From assembly GCA_965250845.1 (NCBI GenBank), contig OZ252593.1, forward strand, positions 1,001,916 to 1,065,915: a stretch of 64,000 bases of DNA, in the 5' to 3' direction. The first letter of the stretch is position 1; the number at the start of each line of letters is the position of its first letter. This document shows positions 43,828 through 55,040 of the stretch, piece by piece. The notes beneath the pieces were generated by a model that made no database searches, was not told the origin of the DNA, and saw nothing but the letters and a program-made list of their open reading frames with translations. Position numbers and translations under genes: made by a program. This stretch comes from Methylophagaceae bacterium (GTDB lineage Bacteria; Pseudomonadota; Gammaproteobacteria; Nitrosococcales; Methylophagaceae).

Positions 43828-44060
43828 TTAACCTAAACTCTGGATAAAGCCAGTCAGCCAGCACCTTTATTTTAGCGGATCTCCGCGTTAGATTGTCTTC
43901 CAATAGCCTGCTATTGCTACGCCAATCTGCCTTGATATCCACTAAAATAAAGGCACTGGTTATGCAATTAGAACCAATTGTATCTGGTTGGGACTGTATT
44001 GATTGATAAGTCATTGTAAGTTATAGGGTTGCTGGCTACTTTGTCCCGAGCTTAGGTTAA
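43828..44060 (+). repeat. Copy B (complete) of the ~235-bp TTAA-ended hairpin-rich element
   Basis: Terminal inverted repeats TTAACCTAAACTCTGG / CCCGAGCTTAGGTTAA. Internal 21-nt arms CCAGCACCTTTATTTTAGCGG (43858-43878) / CCACTAAAATAAAGGCACTGG (43939-43959). Fills the hpnD-hpnE spacer. Confidence 0.7.
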
Positions 44061-44920
44061 TGAGCATTTCTTTTACGGTGAAGACGTTTCTCATTACGTG
44101 CAGTACGCCATGCAATCCATAGTTTTCTGATGGGTGTTAATGACACTCGATGCTTCATAACTTGGAAGTTATCGTTGACGATTTCATCTAATGTCGCTTC
44201 GTAGATAGCGGCCATAATTAAGCCGGTACGTTGTGTATAACGGTCACATTCAGGCAGTACATCCATTGCTTGTCGGTAATATTTCTTAGCTCGTGTCGTT
44301 TGAAATTTGAGGAACTCAATCAGTTCTGGCGTAGATTTCAATGCTAATAAATCATCAGTACTGACATTAAATTGTTTTAATTCATCTAAAGGTAGATAGA
44401 TTCGTCCACGTTCGGCATCTTCACGAACATCACGAATAATATTGGTGAGTTGTAATGCTATGCCAAGGTTTTCAGCATATTTAAGGGTGCTTCTATCTTG
44501 ATAGCCGAAGATCTCCACAGATAGCAGACCGACAACGCTGGCGGCACGATGACAATATAAGGCAAGTTGCTTGAATTCTGGATAACTGAACTGATCAAGA
44601 TCCATTGCCATGCCGTCAATAATTTCCATAAAGTACTCTTCATGGAGATCAAAATGTTGTAGTGCAGTTTGCAAGGCTTTGCCTACAGGATGTGTTGCTT
44701 CACCTTTGAATGTTTTTTGAATCTCTTCTCGCCACCATTCAAGTTTTGTTCTAGCAACGCCAGCATCTGATATTTCATCAACAGTATCATCTACTTCTCG
44801 ACAAAAAGCATAGAGTGCAATGATCGCTTGACGTTGTTGAATCGGTAAAAACCGAAAACTATAATAAAAACTAGAGCCGCTTTTGGCAGCCTTATCTTGG
44901 CAGTATTCATCAGGAGTCAT
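44057..44920 (-). CDS. hpnD: Squalene/phytoene synthase family, presqualene diphosphate synthase (HpnD)-like
   Basis: SSFYYSFRFLP...ALYAFCREVDDTVDE and NIIRDVREDAERGRIYLP Asp-rich motifs; 287 aa. A CrtB-type function cannot be excluded. Confidence 0.75.
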   Translation of the reverse strand: MTPDEYCQDKAAKSGSSFYYSFRFLPIQQRQAIIALYAFCREVDDTVDEISDAGVARTKLEWWREEIQKTFKGEATHPVGKALQTALQHFDLHEEYFMEIIDGMAMDLDQFSYPEFKQLALYCHRAASVVGLLSVEIFGYQDRSTLKYAENLGIALQLTNIIRDVREDAERGRIYLPLDELKQFNVSTDDLLALKSTPELIEFLKFQTTRAKKYYRQAMDVLPECDRYTQRTGLIMAAIYEATLDEIVNDNFQVMKHRVSLTPIRKLWIAWRTARNEKRLHRKRNAH

Positions 44921-45219
44921 CGTTGTAATCTCGTTACGATCTTGTCATTTTGTAGGTGGGATTCAATTATTTCATCAATATCTTCTGTTGTTTGATATTG
45001 ATACCAAACCCCTTCAGGATAAATCACTAACATCGGCCCTAAAGCACAGCGATTCAAACAACCGGCATTATTAACGCGCACTTTCTTGAGCTTCAATTCT
45101 TTGACGCGTTGTTTGGTGTAGTTACGTAAAGATTGGGCATCATGCTGATGACAGCAAGGGCTACCGTCATCACGTTCATGGGTGCAGAAAAATAAATGAT
45201 ATTTATAAACTTCAGTCAT
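44917..45219 (-). CDS. Thioredoxin-like [2Fe-2S] ferredoxin domain protein
   Basis: Cys ligand pattern FFC...SPCC...GCLNRC; ATGA overlap with hpnD. Confidence 0.75.
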   Translation of the reverse strand: MTEVYKYHLFFCTHERDDGSPCCHQHDAQSLRNYTKQRVKELKLKKVRVNNAGCLNRCALGPMLVIYPEGVWYQYQTTEDIDEIIESHLQNDKIVTRLQR

Positions 45220-45348
45220 AAGTGAAAGGATAGCGGATAAAGTGATTTAGACAAACTAAATAATGATAAATAATCAAAAACTAGTAGGCATAGTAAAGTT
45301 TGCTAAGTCATTGTATTATTAAGGTAAGCATGTCAAAGAGCATATGGA

Positions 45349-47898
45349 ATGAATTTAGTATCTTTCTTACTATTAATTAGCCTTGCTGTACTGGTTGTCT
45401 GGTTGTTACGTTTACGCCAGAAAATAAGTGCATTAACGATACAGCGGGATAAAGTAATTGATAGTGATGCTCGCTTTCGTTTGTTATTACAAAACATTCC
45501 CAATGTATCAGTACAAGGTTACGATCAGCATCGGCGTGTAAATTTCTGGAATACGGCAAGCGAAGATCTTTATGGCTATAGCCATGCTGAAGCTGATGGG
45601 CAATTATTAGAAGATCTCATTATTCCAGACAGCATGAAAGAACGTGTCGTAGAGTCAATTAATAACTGGTTATTGGGAGGGGATGCTATACCCGCCGGAG
45701 AGTTGACGTTAAAGACGAAAAGTGAAAATTCCGTTACCGTTTATTCAAGTCATGTGATGAGCCATGATGAGCATGGTAATCCTGAAATGTATTGTATTGA
45801 TATTGATCTGACAAATCAGAAGCAGGATGAATTAGTTATTCAGCAGAGCGAAGAAAGATCTCGGAATATTATTAACTCTTCCCCTATCCCTTATCTTCTA
45901 CATAATGAAAATAAAAGTATTATTCTCATTAATGAGGCTTTTACAGAGCAATTTGGTTATCGATTAGATGATTTAACATCGCTGATTCAATGGGGACAAC
46001 AAGTCTATCCAGATAATAACTATGCATTAAAAATACAGAGTCTCTGGAAAAGTCGTTTTGAAGCGGCGGAGGCTAGTGGAAATAAATTTGAGCCACTTGA
46101 AGTTGATATCCGCTGCAAAAATGGCGAGATGAAAACAGTTATTGCAGATGCTTCACCTGTCGATGATACATATAAAGGTGAAGTACTGATTAGTTTGTAT
46201 GACATTACAGAACGTAAACAAGATGAGCAGCAGAGAATGTTGGCGGCAACGGTATTTGAACATACTAGTGAAGGGGTATTGACAACCAATGCTGATAGAG
46301 TTGTTATTGCCATAAATCCTGCATTTTCTGAGATTACAGGATATAGCGAGGAAGACCTTGTCGGTAAACAAAGCGTTATGGTGCAGTCTTCTCGATATAG
46401 TCCTGACTTTGTTAATGACGTGGCTAAAGATCTGGAGGCAACAGGAAAATGGCAAGGAGAAATCTGGAATACTAAAAAAAATGGTGAAGAGTATTTAGTC
46501 TGGATGACGGTGAATACTATTTATAATGAAGATGGAACGGTTCGTTTACGGGTTGGTTTGTTTTCAGATATTACCGAGAAGAAAAGAGCAGAAATATTGG
46601 CACTCAGAAAAGCCAATTATGATGATCTAACCGGTCTACCGAATAGAAATATGTTCCATGATCGATTGGATCAGGAGATTAAGAAATCAAATAGAAGCAA
46701 TAAGCCTGTCGCGGTGCTATTCCTTGATTTAGACAAGTTTAAAGAGGTGAATGATACCTTTGGGCATCAAGTTGGTGATAGATTATTGATCGATGCTGCT
46801 AAGAGAATCACCGATTGTGTTAGGGAGGTTGATACTGTTTCTCGCCTTGGCGGTGATGAGTTTACAGTTATTCTGACAGATCTTGATGATGTTCATGGGA
46901 TTGAACGGATTGCGAATAATATTATTGAATCTTTGAGCCAGCCTTTTCAGCTAGGAAGTGATATTGCTTATGTATCAGCAAGCATTGGGATTACTTTGTA
47001 TCCAAATGATGCTCAAACTGTTAGTGATTTACTTAAAAATGCTGATCAAGCAATGTATATGGCGAAGGATTCTGGGCGAGGGTATTTCCGGTACTTCACT
47101 AAAAAGATGCAACAATCAGCATCGGATCGTTTCAATTTGCTTAATGATCTCCGCTCCGCACTTAGCAAGCAACAGTTTGAGCTTTATTACCAACCAATAC
47201 TGCATTTAGCGACAGGCAAAGTCCACAAAGCAGAGGCTTTGATTCGTTGGCATCATCCTGAAAGAGGTATGGTGAGTCCGGCTGACTTCATCCCGTTGGC
47301 AGAAGATTCTGGCCTCATTATTGAGATTGGTAACTGGGTGTTCTCTGAAGCAATTCGGCAGATAAAATCGTGTAAAAGGTTTGCAGATAATTTTCAGATA
47401 AGTATTAACAAATCACCTATTCAGTTTAGAGAAAATAGTGATTGGATGACGGTTATGGAGCAAGAAGGTATTGCTGGAAGTAATATTGTTATTGAAATTA
47501 CCGAAGGTGTCTTAATGGAAAATAGAGAGCAAGTTGAGAAGCAGTTACTTGATTTCCGTGACTCAGGCATTCAAGTTGCCATTGATGATTTTGGTACCGG
47601 CTATTCTTCTCTTTCTTATCTAAACAAATTTGATATTGATTATTTGAAAATTGACCAATCATTTACGCGTAATTTATCGGTAGATTCTAGTGAAATGGCT
47701 TTATCTGAAGCCATTATTGTAATGGCTCACAAATTGGGGTTAATGGTCATTGCTGAAGGTGTGGAAACGCAGCAACAAAAAGACCTACTCGCAGGGGCGG
47801 GATGTGATTACATTCAGGGGTATTTACTATCCAAACCTTTACCGGCTGATCAGTTTGAAGCGTTTTTAGAAGCTTCGGCTAACGGAAAATTGTGCTAA
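45349..47898 (+). CDS. TM-anchored PAS(x3)-GGDEF-EAL c-di-GMP signalling protein
   Basis: RLGGDEF, EALIRW, DDFGTGYSS; three PAS-like repeats. Confidence 0.9.
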   Translation: MNLVSFLLLISLAVLVVWLLRLRQKISALTIQRDKVIDSDARFRLLLQNIPNVSVQGYDQHRRVNFWNTASEDLYGYSHAEADGQLLEDLIIPDSMKERVVESINNWLLGGDAIPAGELTLKTKSENSVTVYSSHVMSHDEHGNPEMYCIDIDLTNQKQDELVIQQSEERSRNIINSSPIPYLLHNENKSIILINEAFTEQFGYRLDDLTSLIQWGQQVYPDNNYALKIQSLWKSRFEAAEASGNKFEPLEVDIRCKNGEMKTVIADASPVDDTYKGEVLISLYDITERKQDEQQRMLAATVFEHTSEGVLTTNADRVVIAINPAFSEITGYSEEDLVGKQSVMVQSSRYSPDFVNDVAKDLEATGKWQGEIWNTKKNGEEYLVWMTVNTIYNEDGTVRLRVGLFSDITEKKRAEILALRKANYDDLTGLPNRNMFHDRLDQEIKKSNRSNKPVAVLFLDLDKFKEVNDTFGHQVGDRLLIDAAKRITDCVREVDTVSRLGGDEFTVILTDLDDVHGIERIANNIIESLSQPFQLGSDIAYVSASIGITLYPNDAQTVSDLLKNADQAMYMAKDSGRGYFRYFTKKMQQSASDRFNLLNDLRSALSKQQFELYYQPILHLATGKVHKAEALIRWHHPERGMVSPADFIPLAEDSGLIIEIGNWVFSEAIRQIKSCKRFADNFQISINKSPIQFRENSDWMTVMEQEGIAGSNIVIEITEGVLMENREQVEKQLLDFRDSGIQVAIDDFGTGYSSLSYLNKFDIDYLKIDQSFTRNLSVDSSEMALSEAIIVMAHKLGLMVIAEGVETQQQKDLLAGAGCDYIQGYLLSKPLPADQFEAFLEASANGKLC

Positions 47899-48834
47899 AC
47901 CTATCAGTGCATCTTTATAGGATGAATCTTCTAAAATAGAGAGTACCGAGATTGCTTTATTGACTTCATTTTGTGCTGCCTTTGCAGTGTAATCAATAGC
48001 GCCTGTTTGCTCGATAATACTAATGATGTCATTAATTTTATCGCGCTGACCTTCTTCAATCGCTGTGCGAATAACATTCGCTTGCTCAGGTGTTCCGTGT
48101 TTCATTGCGTAAATCAGCGGTAATGTTGGTTTTCCTTCCGCAAGATCATCACCAATATTTTTACCAATCGTCTCACTTGACTCACTATAATCCAACAAAT
48201 CATCAACTAATTGAAATGTGCTACCAAGATGCATGGCATAGTCGGACATGGCTTGTTCAACATCAGGCTCTGCTTGGCTAATAACGGCACCTAATAAACC
48301 AGCGGCTTCAAATAATTTTGCAGTTTTATGGTGAATGACCTCTAAATAACTGTCTTCTGTTGTATCGGGATCATTACAGTTTAGTAGCTGTAAAACTTCG
48401 CCTTCAGAAATTACATTGGTTGTGTGCGACAAGATCTTCATTAGACGCATTGATTCCATTTCAACCATCATTTCAAATGAGCGAGTGTAGAGGAAATCAC
48501 CGACTAATACGCTTGCTTCATTACCCCACAAATTATTCGCAGTTTCACGGCCGCGGCGCATATCTGAATTATCAACAACATCATCATGTAATAATGTGGC
48601 GGTATGTATAAATTCAATAATCGTCGCAAGGTTGATATGCGAATCGCCTTGGTAACCACAAGCTCGCGCACATAAAATGGCTAATGCGGGGCGTAAACGT
48701 TTGCCACCACTATTAATGATGTAATGACCCAGTTGATTGATAAGAACAACATCAGATTGAAGTCGAGATTGAATCATCGCATCAACAGCAGACATGTCGT
48801 CTTCAATTAAAGAGTAAATGGATTGGATATCCAC
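47866..48834 (-). CDS. ispB: Octaprenyl diphosphate synthase
   Basis: DDVVD and DDLLD Asp-rich motifs, 322 aa; divergent from rplU-rpmA as in many gammaproteobacteria. Confidence 0.9.
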   Translation of the reverse strand: MDIQSIYSLIEDDMSAVDAMIQSRLQSDVVLINQLGHYIINSGGKRLRPALAILCARACGYQGDSHINLATIIEFIHTATLLHDDVVDNSDMRRGRETANNLWGNEASVLVGDFLYTRSFEMMVEMESMRLMKILSHTTNVISEGEVLQLLNCNDPDTTEDSYLEVIHHKTAKLFEAAGLLGAVISQAEPDVEQAMSDYAMHLGSTFQLVDDLLDYSESSETIGKNIGDDLAEGKPTLPLIYAMKHGTPEQANVIRTAIEEGQRDKINDIISIIEQTGAIDYTAKAAQNEVNKAISVLSILEDSSYKDALIGLAQFSVSRSF

Positions 48835-49025
48835 AGCGATTAGATCTTCCTATATAATGAGTACTTGAAAAGCGAGTACTTTCTCATGCAAGGCAATGAA
48901 TCGCAAATATTTCACAATATTGTAAGAAGATATTTGATCTCTTTCGCGAAAGACGATAGAATTGCCGGTCTTTTGATGGGTTAGCCCCACCAAATACACT
49001 TACATAAATTATTTTGGAGACAGCG

Positions 49026-49337
49026 ATGTACGCTATTGTCGCGACTGGCGGTAAACAATACCGCGTTAAAGAAGGTGAAACACTTCGTGTAGAGAAGTTG
49101 TTTGCTGAAGCTGGTGAATCAGTTGAATTAGATAAAGTTCTATTAGTGGGTGAAGGCGAAGATGTTAAAATCGGTGCTCCTTACCTCGATGGCGCTAAAG
49201 TAACTGCAACCGTTACTGCAAATGGTCGTGGCGATAAAGTTAAAATCGTTAAGTTCCGTCGTCGTAAACACTCACGTAGACAAGCGGGTCACCGTCAGTC
49301 TTACACTGAAATCCAAATCACAAGCATTAGTGCTTAA
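49026..49337 (+). CDS. rplU: 50S ribosomal protein L21
   Basis: [14 protein letters not shown]; GGAGA 5 nt upstream of ATG 49026. Confidence 0.95.
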   Translation: MYAIVATGGKQYRVKEGETLRVEKLFAEAGESVELDKVLLVGEGEDVKIGAPYLDGAKVTATVTANGRGDKVKIVKFRRRKHSRRQAGHRQSYTEIQITSISA

Positions 49338-49364
49338 GATTTTCGAACACAAGAGGATTTAGAA

Positions 49365-49622
49365 ATGGCTCATAAGAAAGCTGGTGGTAGTACTAGAAAC
49401 GGACGTGATTCGGAGTCGAAACGACTTGGAGTGAAACGTTACGGTGGTGAAGCTGTATTAGGCGGTAACATTCTTATTCGTCAACGTGGTACACGCGTTC
49501 ACGCTGGTAAAAATGTAGGTCTTGGTAAAGATCACACATTATTTGCAAAAATTGATGGTAAGGTTTTATTCGAGACTAAAGGTCCAAAAAACCGCGCATA
49601 CATCAGCATTATTGCTGACTAA
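49365..49622 (+). CDS. rpmA: 50S ribosomal protein L27
   Basis: [16 protein letters not shown]. Confidence 0.95.
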   Translation: MAHKKAGGSTRNGRDSESKRLGVKRYGGEAVLGGNILIRQRGTRVHAGKNVGLGKDHTLFAKIDGKVLFETKGPKNRAYISIIAD

Positions 49623-49660
49623 ATAAAATGTTGGCCCATTTTGGGGCAAACAGCTAAAGA

Positions 49661-49685
49661 GCCCCGCTGATGCGGGGCTTTTTTG
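49661..49685 (+). terminator. Rho-independent terminator after rpmA
   Basis: GCCCCGC-TGAT-GCGGGGC followed by TTTTTT. Confidence 0.8.
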
Positions 49686-49859
49686 TTTCTGGGCTGTAAA
49701 TTACTCAGTCCAGATCTGAAATTTGTCATTTCTTTATTTGGAAAGAGTATTCACTCAGATGAAGTGACACTTTCTTCCTTAAACTGATAAATATTTAGAA
49801 GCAATCTGAGCAATCACGGTACATGATATGCTCTTGCTATAACATAGTTACTTGGATAA

Positions 49860-50939
<1,080 letters not shown>

Positions 50940-50943
50940 AAGC

Positions 50944-52071
50944 GTGACAAATCCACACCAACAGCTTATTAATACCAAACGATGGGTTATTAAGATTGGT
51001 AGTGCTTTACTAACACGTGAAGGTGAAGGTTTAGATCTTGACCGTATCCGTTGGCTGACAGGCGAAATCGCTTATCTTCGAGAACAGGGCAAAGAAATTG
51101 TGCTTGTTACCTCGGGTTCAGTTGCTGCAGGTATGCAACAACTAGGCTGGACTGAGCGTCCTCATGCTTTGCATCAATTACAATCAGCAGCAAGTGTTGG
51201 TCAAATGGGTTTGATTCAGGCTTATGCGACGGAATGTAAGAAGCATAATATTCATACGGCACAGATTCTATTAACACATTCAGACTTATCTGATCGAGGC
51301 CGTTATCTTAATGCCCGAAGTGTATTACACAGTTTATTAGAGTTGGGTGTTTTACCTGTCGTAAATGAAAATGACACCATTGCAACAGAAGAAATTCGCT
51401 TTGGTGATAATGATACTTTGGCTGCAATGACGGCAAACCTTGTCGAAGCAGATGTATTGGTTATTTTGACTGATCAAGATGGTTTGTTTGATGCTGATCC
51501 CCGTACTAACCCTGAAGCAAGAATGATTGCAGCCTCAGCAGCATCTAATCCCGCACTTGATGATATGGCTGGAGAAGGAACAGGTTCACTAGGTCGTGGC
51601 GGAATGGCGACTAAATTGCTGGCTGCGAGACGCGCAGCACGATCGGGTGCGGTAACAGTGATTTTATCGGGTAAAGAGCCTGAGAATTTACGCCATTTAG
51701 CATCAGGGATTGGGGTTGGCACTTTATTATGGCCTGACGATGAACCCATGACTGCTCGTCAACAGTGGTTATTAGGACATCAAGAAAAAGGGCGAGTGAT
51801 TTTAGATGCTGGTGCCGTGAGTGTGATTAGGCAACAAGGTCGAAGTGTCTTGCCAGTGGGAGTTCAGTTAGTTGAAGGTCAATTTGTTCGTGGCGAATTG
51901 GTTGTTTGTTGTGATAGCTCGGGTAAAGAAGTTGCACGAGGCTTAGTGAATTACAATTTTGATGAAGCAAGTCGATTGATGGGGCATGCGAGTAGTGAGA
52001 TTGAACAGTTATTAGGTTATGTTGATGAGCCAGAATTGATTCACCGAGATAATTTAGTCGTAACGAGTTAA
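50944..52071 (+). CDS. proB: Glutamate 5-kinase
   Basis: VIKIGSALLT, VTSGSVAAG, C-terminal PUA domain; GTG start. Confidence 0.95.
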   Translation: MTNPHQQLINTKRWVIKIGSALLTREGEGLDLDRIRWLTGEIAYLREQGKEIVLVTSGSVAAGMQQLGWTERPHALHQLQSAASVGQMGLIQAYATECKKHNIHTAQILLTHSDLSDRGRYLNARSVLHSLLELGVLPVVNENDTIATEEIRFGDNDTLAAMTANLVEADVLVILTDQDGLFDADPRTNPEARMIAASAASNPALDDMAGEGTGSLGRGGMATKLLAARRAARSGAVTVILSGKEPENLRHLASGIGVGTLLWPDDEPMTARQQWLLGHQEKGRVILDAGAVSVIRQQGRSVLPVGVQLVEGQFVRGELVVCCDSSGKEVARGLVNYNFDEASRLMGHASSEIEQLLGYVDEPELIHRDNLVVTS

Positions 52072-52170
52072 ACAATTATCGTAGGCCGGAAATGAAGTAA
52101 CTTGCGTAGCGGGTCTTTTAAGCCGACATGTTGGACTGAAGTCCAAGCTACCGCTATAAATTTCAGACAT

Positions 52171-52199
52171 AAAAAAACCGACATGATGTCGGTTTTTTT
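52171..52199. terminator. Bidirectional terminator between proB and rpsT
   Basis: AAAAAAA-CCGACAT-G-ATGTCGG-TTTTTTT. Confidence 0.8.
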
Positions 52200-52222
52200 A
52201 TGAGCGTTATTAAACGCTTATA

Positions 52223-52483
52223 TTATAGTGCGCGAACAGCGTTGTTCAAACGACTTTTGCTACGTGCTGCGGCATTTTTATGAATGATGCCTTTACGAGC
52301 CATGCGATCTAAATGAGGAACAGCAGCTTTGAATGCAGCAGTTGCTTGTTCTTTATCACCACCATCAATAGCTGCTTGTAGCTTTTTGATACTTGTACGC
52401 ATTGCGCTGCGTTGGCCAGCGTTAAGTTGGCGATTATCTTCCGCCTGACGTGCGCGTTTTTTTGCTTGTGCTGAGTTTGCCAA
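52223..52483 (-). CDS. rpsT: 30S ribosomal protein S20
   Basis: [13 protein letters not shown]... Confidence 0.95.
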   Translation of the reverse strand: MANSAQAKKRARQAEDNRQLNAGQRSAMRTSIKKLQAAIDGGDKEQATAAFKAAVPHLDRMARKGIIHKNAAARSKSRLNNAVRAL

Positions 52484-52701
52484 AGTACTTCTCCGAAAAT
52501 TTTAGCTTATATGTATTGAACCGAGCATTATCCCGATATTTATTTCGATTGTAAAGTGATTTTACGATCTTTTATCATAAATCTAGAGTTAGATCGCTGG
52601 GTTACGCTTGAATATGAGTATTTTACATGATTTTCACAGGAGGACGCTAATGATTATTCATAATGTTATTATGTTTACCACTTTAAATAACAGGCAAAAC
52701 T

Positions 52702-53484
52702 ATGAAAATCATTACAGCGAATGTTAACGGTATTCGTGCCGCAGGAAGAAAAGGTTTTTTTGATTGGTTAGCTAAGGTACAAGCTGATGTTGTTTGTATT
52801 CAAGAGACAAAAGCGCAGATTGATCAGTTAAGTGATGAACTTTACCACCCTGAAGGTTATTCTTGTTTTTATCATGATGCGGAAAAAAAGGGCTATAGCG
52901 GTGTAGCACTCTATTGTAGACAAAAACCTGATAGCGTTATTGTTGGCATGGGTAATGAAGAGTTTGATAGTGAAGGGCGTTATATTGAAGCTCGCTTTGG
53001 CAATTTAAGTGTTATCTCTCTCTATATGCCTTCAGGTTCGTCAAAAGAAGAACGACAGCAATTAAAGTATCGCTGTATGGACCATATGATGATGAAGCTT
53101 GAAGAAATGAAAGCGTCGGGACGTGACTGTATTGTGACCGGTGATTGGAATATCGCTCATAAGAATGAAGATATCCGTAATTGGAAAGGCAACCTGAAAA
53201 ATTCAGGTTTTTTACCTGAAGAGCGTGCATGGTTAGACACTTTGTTCGATGAGCGGGGCTTTGTAGATGCCTTTCGTGAATTAGAGCAAGAAGAACATCA
53301 ATATACATGGTGGTCGAATCGAGGTCAGGCACGCGCAAATAATGTAGGTTGGCGGATTGATTATCATATTTTGACGCCCAGTCTTAAAGGTAAAGTTTTG
53401 GCAACAGAGATCTATAGAGAAGAAAGTTTTTCAGATCATGCGCCTCTCATTATTGATTATGACTATGAGATGCCTACAGTATGA
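52702..53484 (+). CDS. xthA: Exodeoxyribonuclease III
   Basis: MKIITANVNGIRA, CIQETK, SDHAP blocks; 260 aa. Confidence 0.9.
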   Translation: MKIITANVNGIRAAGRKGFFDWLAKVQADVVCIQETKAQIDQLSDELYHPEGYSCFYHDAEKKGYSGVALYCRQKPDSVIVGMGNEEFDSEGRYIEARFGNLSVISLYMPSGSSKEERQQLKYRCMDHMMMKLEEMKASGRDCIVTGDWNIAHKNEDIRNWKGNLKNSGFLPEERAWLDTLFDERGFVDAFRELEQEEHQYTWWSNRGQARANNVGWRIDYHILTPSLKGKVLATEIYREESFSDHAPLIIDYDYEMPTV

Positions 53485-55040
53485 GCGAACTTAGTCATGC
53501 GAAAAGCTGGCTAGAAACGATAAGGGCTTTTAAAAACCCAAAAGTAGTTACGATGCTATTTTTTGGTATTTCTGCTGGATTACCCATCTTATTGATATTT
53601 TCATCATTGAGTTTATGGTTGCGTGAAGCAGGAATTGAAAAGTCAGCAGTCACGTATTTCAGTTGGGCGGCATTAGGTTATTCATTTAAGTTTATTTGGG
53701 CACCCCTCGTCGACAAATTACCTCTTCCACTATTAACTCAGAAGTTTGGTCGACGTAGAGCATGGTTGTTGCTTTCTCAAGCGATGATCATTTCAGCAAT
53801 CAGTTTGATGGCATTTATTAATCCAGCAGAAGATGCGTTAACCATGATGGCATGGGCCGCCGTATTTTTGGGCTTTTCATCTGCAACACAAGATGTCGTG
53901 ATTGATGCATATCGAATTGAATCTGCCGAGAGTGACTTGCAAGCATTAATGTCATCAACCTATATTGCAGGCTATCGAATTGGAATGTTGATCGCCGGTG
54001 CTGGTGCCTTGTTTATGGCGAGTTATTTAGGCTCGACAATGGAATCATATAGTTATGATGCTTGGAAGTGGAGTTATTTAAGCATGGCAGCGGTGATGTC
54101 TATTGGTGTGATAACGACGCTTATTATCACGGAACCAGAACGACAATCTGATGATGACATTATTCATAATGGACGAGACTATTTAGGTTTTATCGCTTTA
54201 TTCGTTTTGTCTGTTGCTGGATTTGTTGCTAGCTTTGCTTATAGTTCAGAGCTTGCTCAATCAGTAAAATCGACATTGACAGGAATGTTTGCCAATAAAC
54301 ACTTAGCGGGTGCAATTGTTGAACTCTTACGATTAGTCTTAGCGCTGTCTGTTGCCGGAGCTATTGCCAAGGGCGTTATTTTCTCAGGCATCGTGAAGCA
54401 GAAAATGGTTGAGCAAACATATATTGCACCATTGAAGGATTTCTTCCAGCGATATGGTTGGTCATTAGCATGGCTATTGTTAGCTTTGATTGGTTTATAT
54501 CGAATCTCAGATATCGTATTAGGTGTAATATCCAATGTCTTTTATCAGGATTTAGGCTTCACCAAACCCGAAATTGCGACAGTCGTAAAAAGCTTTGGTT
54601 TAGCGATGACCATTGTCGGAGGTTTCTTGGGTGGCATATTAGCGGTTCGTTTTGGTGTGATGCGAATTTTGTTTTTAGGCGCATTACTTTCTTCGGTAAC
54701 TAATTTACTGTTTATGATGTTGGCACAAGCAGGTCATGATATGACTATGTTATATATTGTTATTTCTGCTGACAATTTATCAGCAGGGCTAGCAAGTGCC
54801 GCCTTTATTGCCTTTTTATCAGGTTTAACCAATATTTCATTTACAGCAGTGCAATATGCCATTTTTAGTTCATTAATGACCTTATTACCTAAAATATTAG
54901 GCGGCTACTCGGGAACGATCGTAGAGACAATGGGGTATCAACAGTTTTTCCTATTAACAGCTTTGATGGGAGTGCCTGTTCTACTTCTTATTATTTGGGC
55001 AGGCAAAAACTTTGAAATGCACAAAGTAACCATTAGGTGA
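53481..55040 (+). CDS. ampG: AmpG-family muropeptide MFS permease
   Basis: MLFFGISAGLPILLIFSSLSLWLREAG, FKFIWAPLVD; 14-TM type, 519 aa. Confidence 0.85.
   Translation: MSELSHAKSWLETIRAFKNPKVVTMLFFGISAGLPILLIFSSLSLWLREAGIEKSAVTYFSWAALGYSFKFIWAPLVDKLPLPLLTQKFGRRRAWLLLSQAMIISAISLMAFINPAEDALTMMAWAAVFLGFSSATQDVVIDAYRIESAESDLQALMSSTYIAGYRIGMLIAGAGALFMASYLGSTMESYSYDAWKWSYLSMAAVMSIGVITTLIITEPERQSDDDIIHNGRDYLGFIALFVLSVAGFVASFAYSSELAQSVKSTLTGMFANKHLAGAIVELLRLVLALSVAGAIAKGVIFSGIVKQKMVEQTYIAPLKDFFQRYGWSLAWLLLALIGLYRISDIVLGVISNVFYQDLGFTKPEIATVVKSFGLAMTIVGGFLGGILAVRFGVMRILFLGALLSSVTNLLFMMLAQAGHDMTMLYIVISADNLSAGLASAAFIAFLSGLTNISFTAVQYAIFSSLMTLLPKILGGYSGTIVETMGYQQFFLLTALMGVPVLLLIIWAGKNFEMHKVTIR

Noticed and set aside
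43817-44014. 65-aa ORF on the minus strand between hpnD and hpnE
   Set aside because: It lies wholly inside copy B of the 235-bp repeat. The frame is not preserved in copies A and C.
47866-47898. 33-nt convergent overlap of the PAS-GGDEF-EAL gene and ispB 3' ends
   Set aside because: Both C-termini look plausible, and short convergent overlaps occur by chance in compact genomes. There is no additional signal suggesting regulation.
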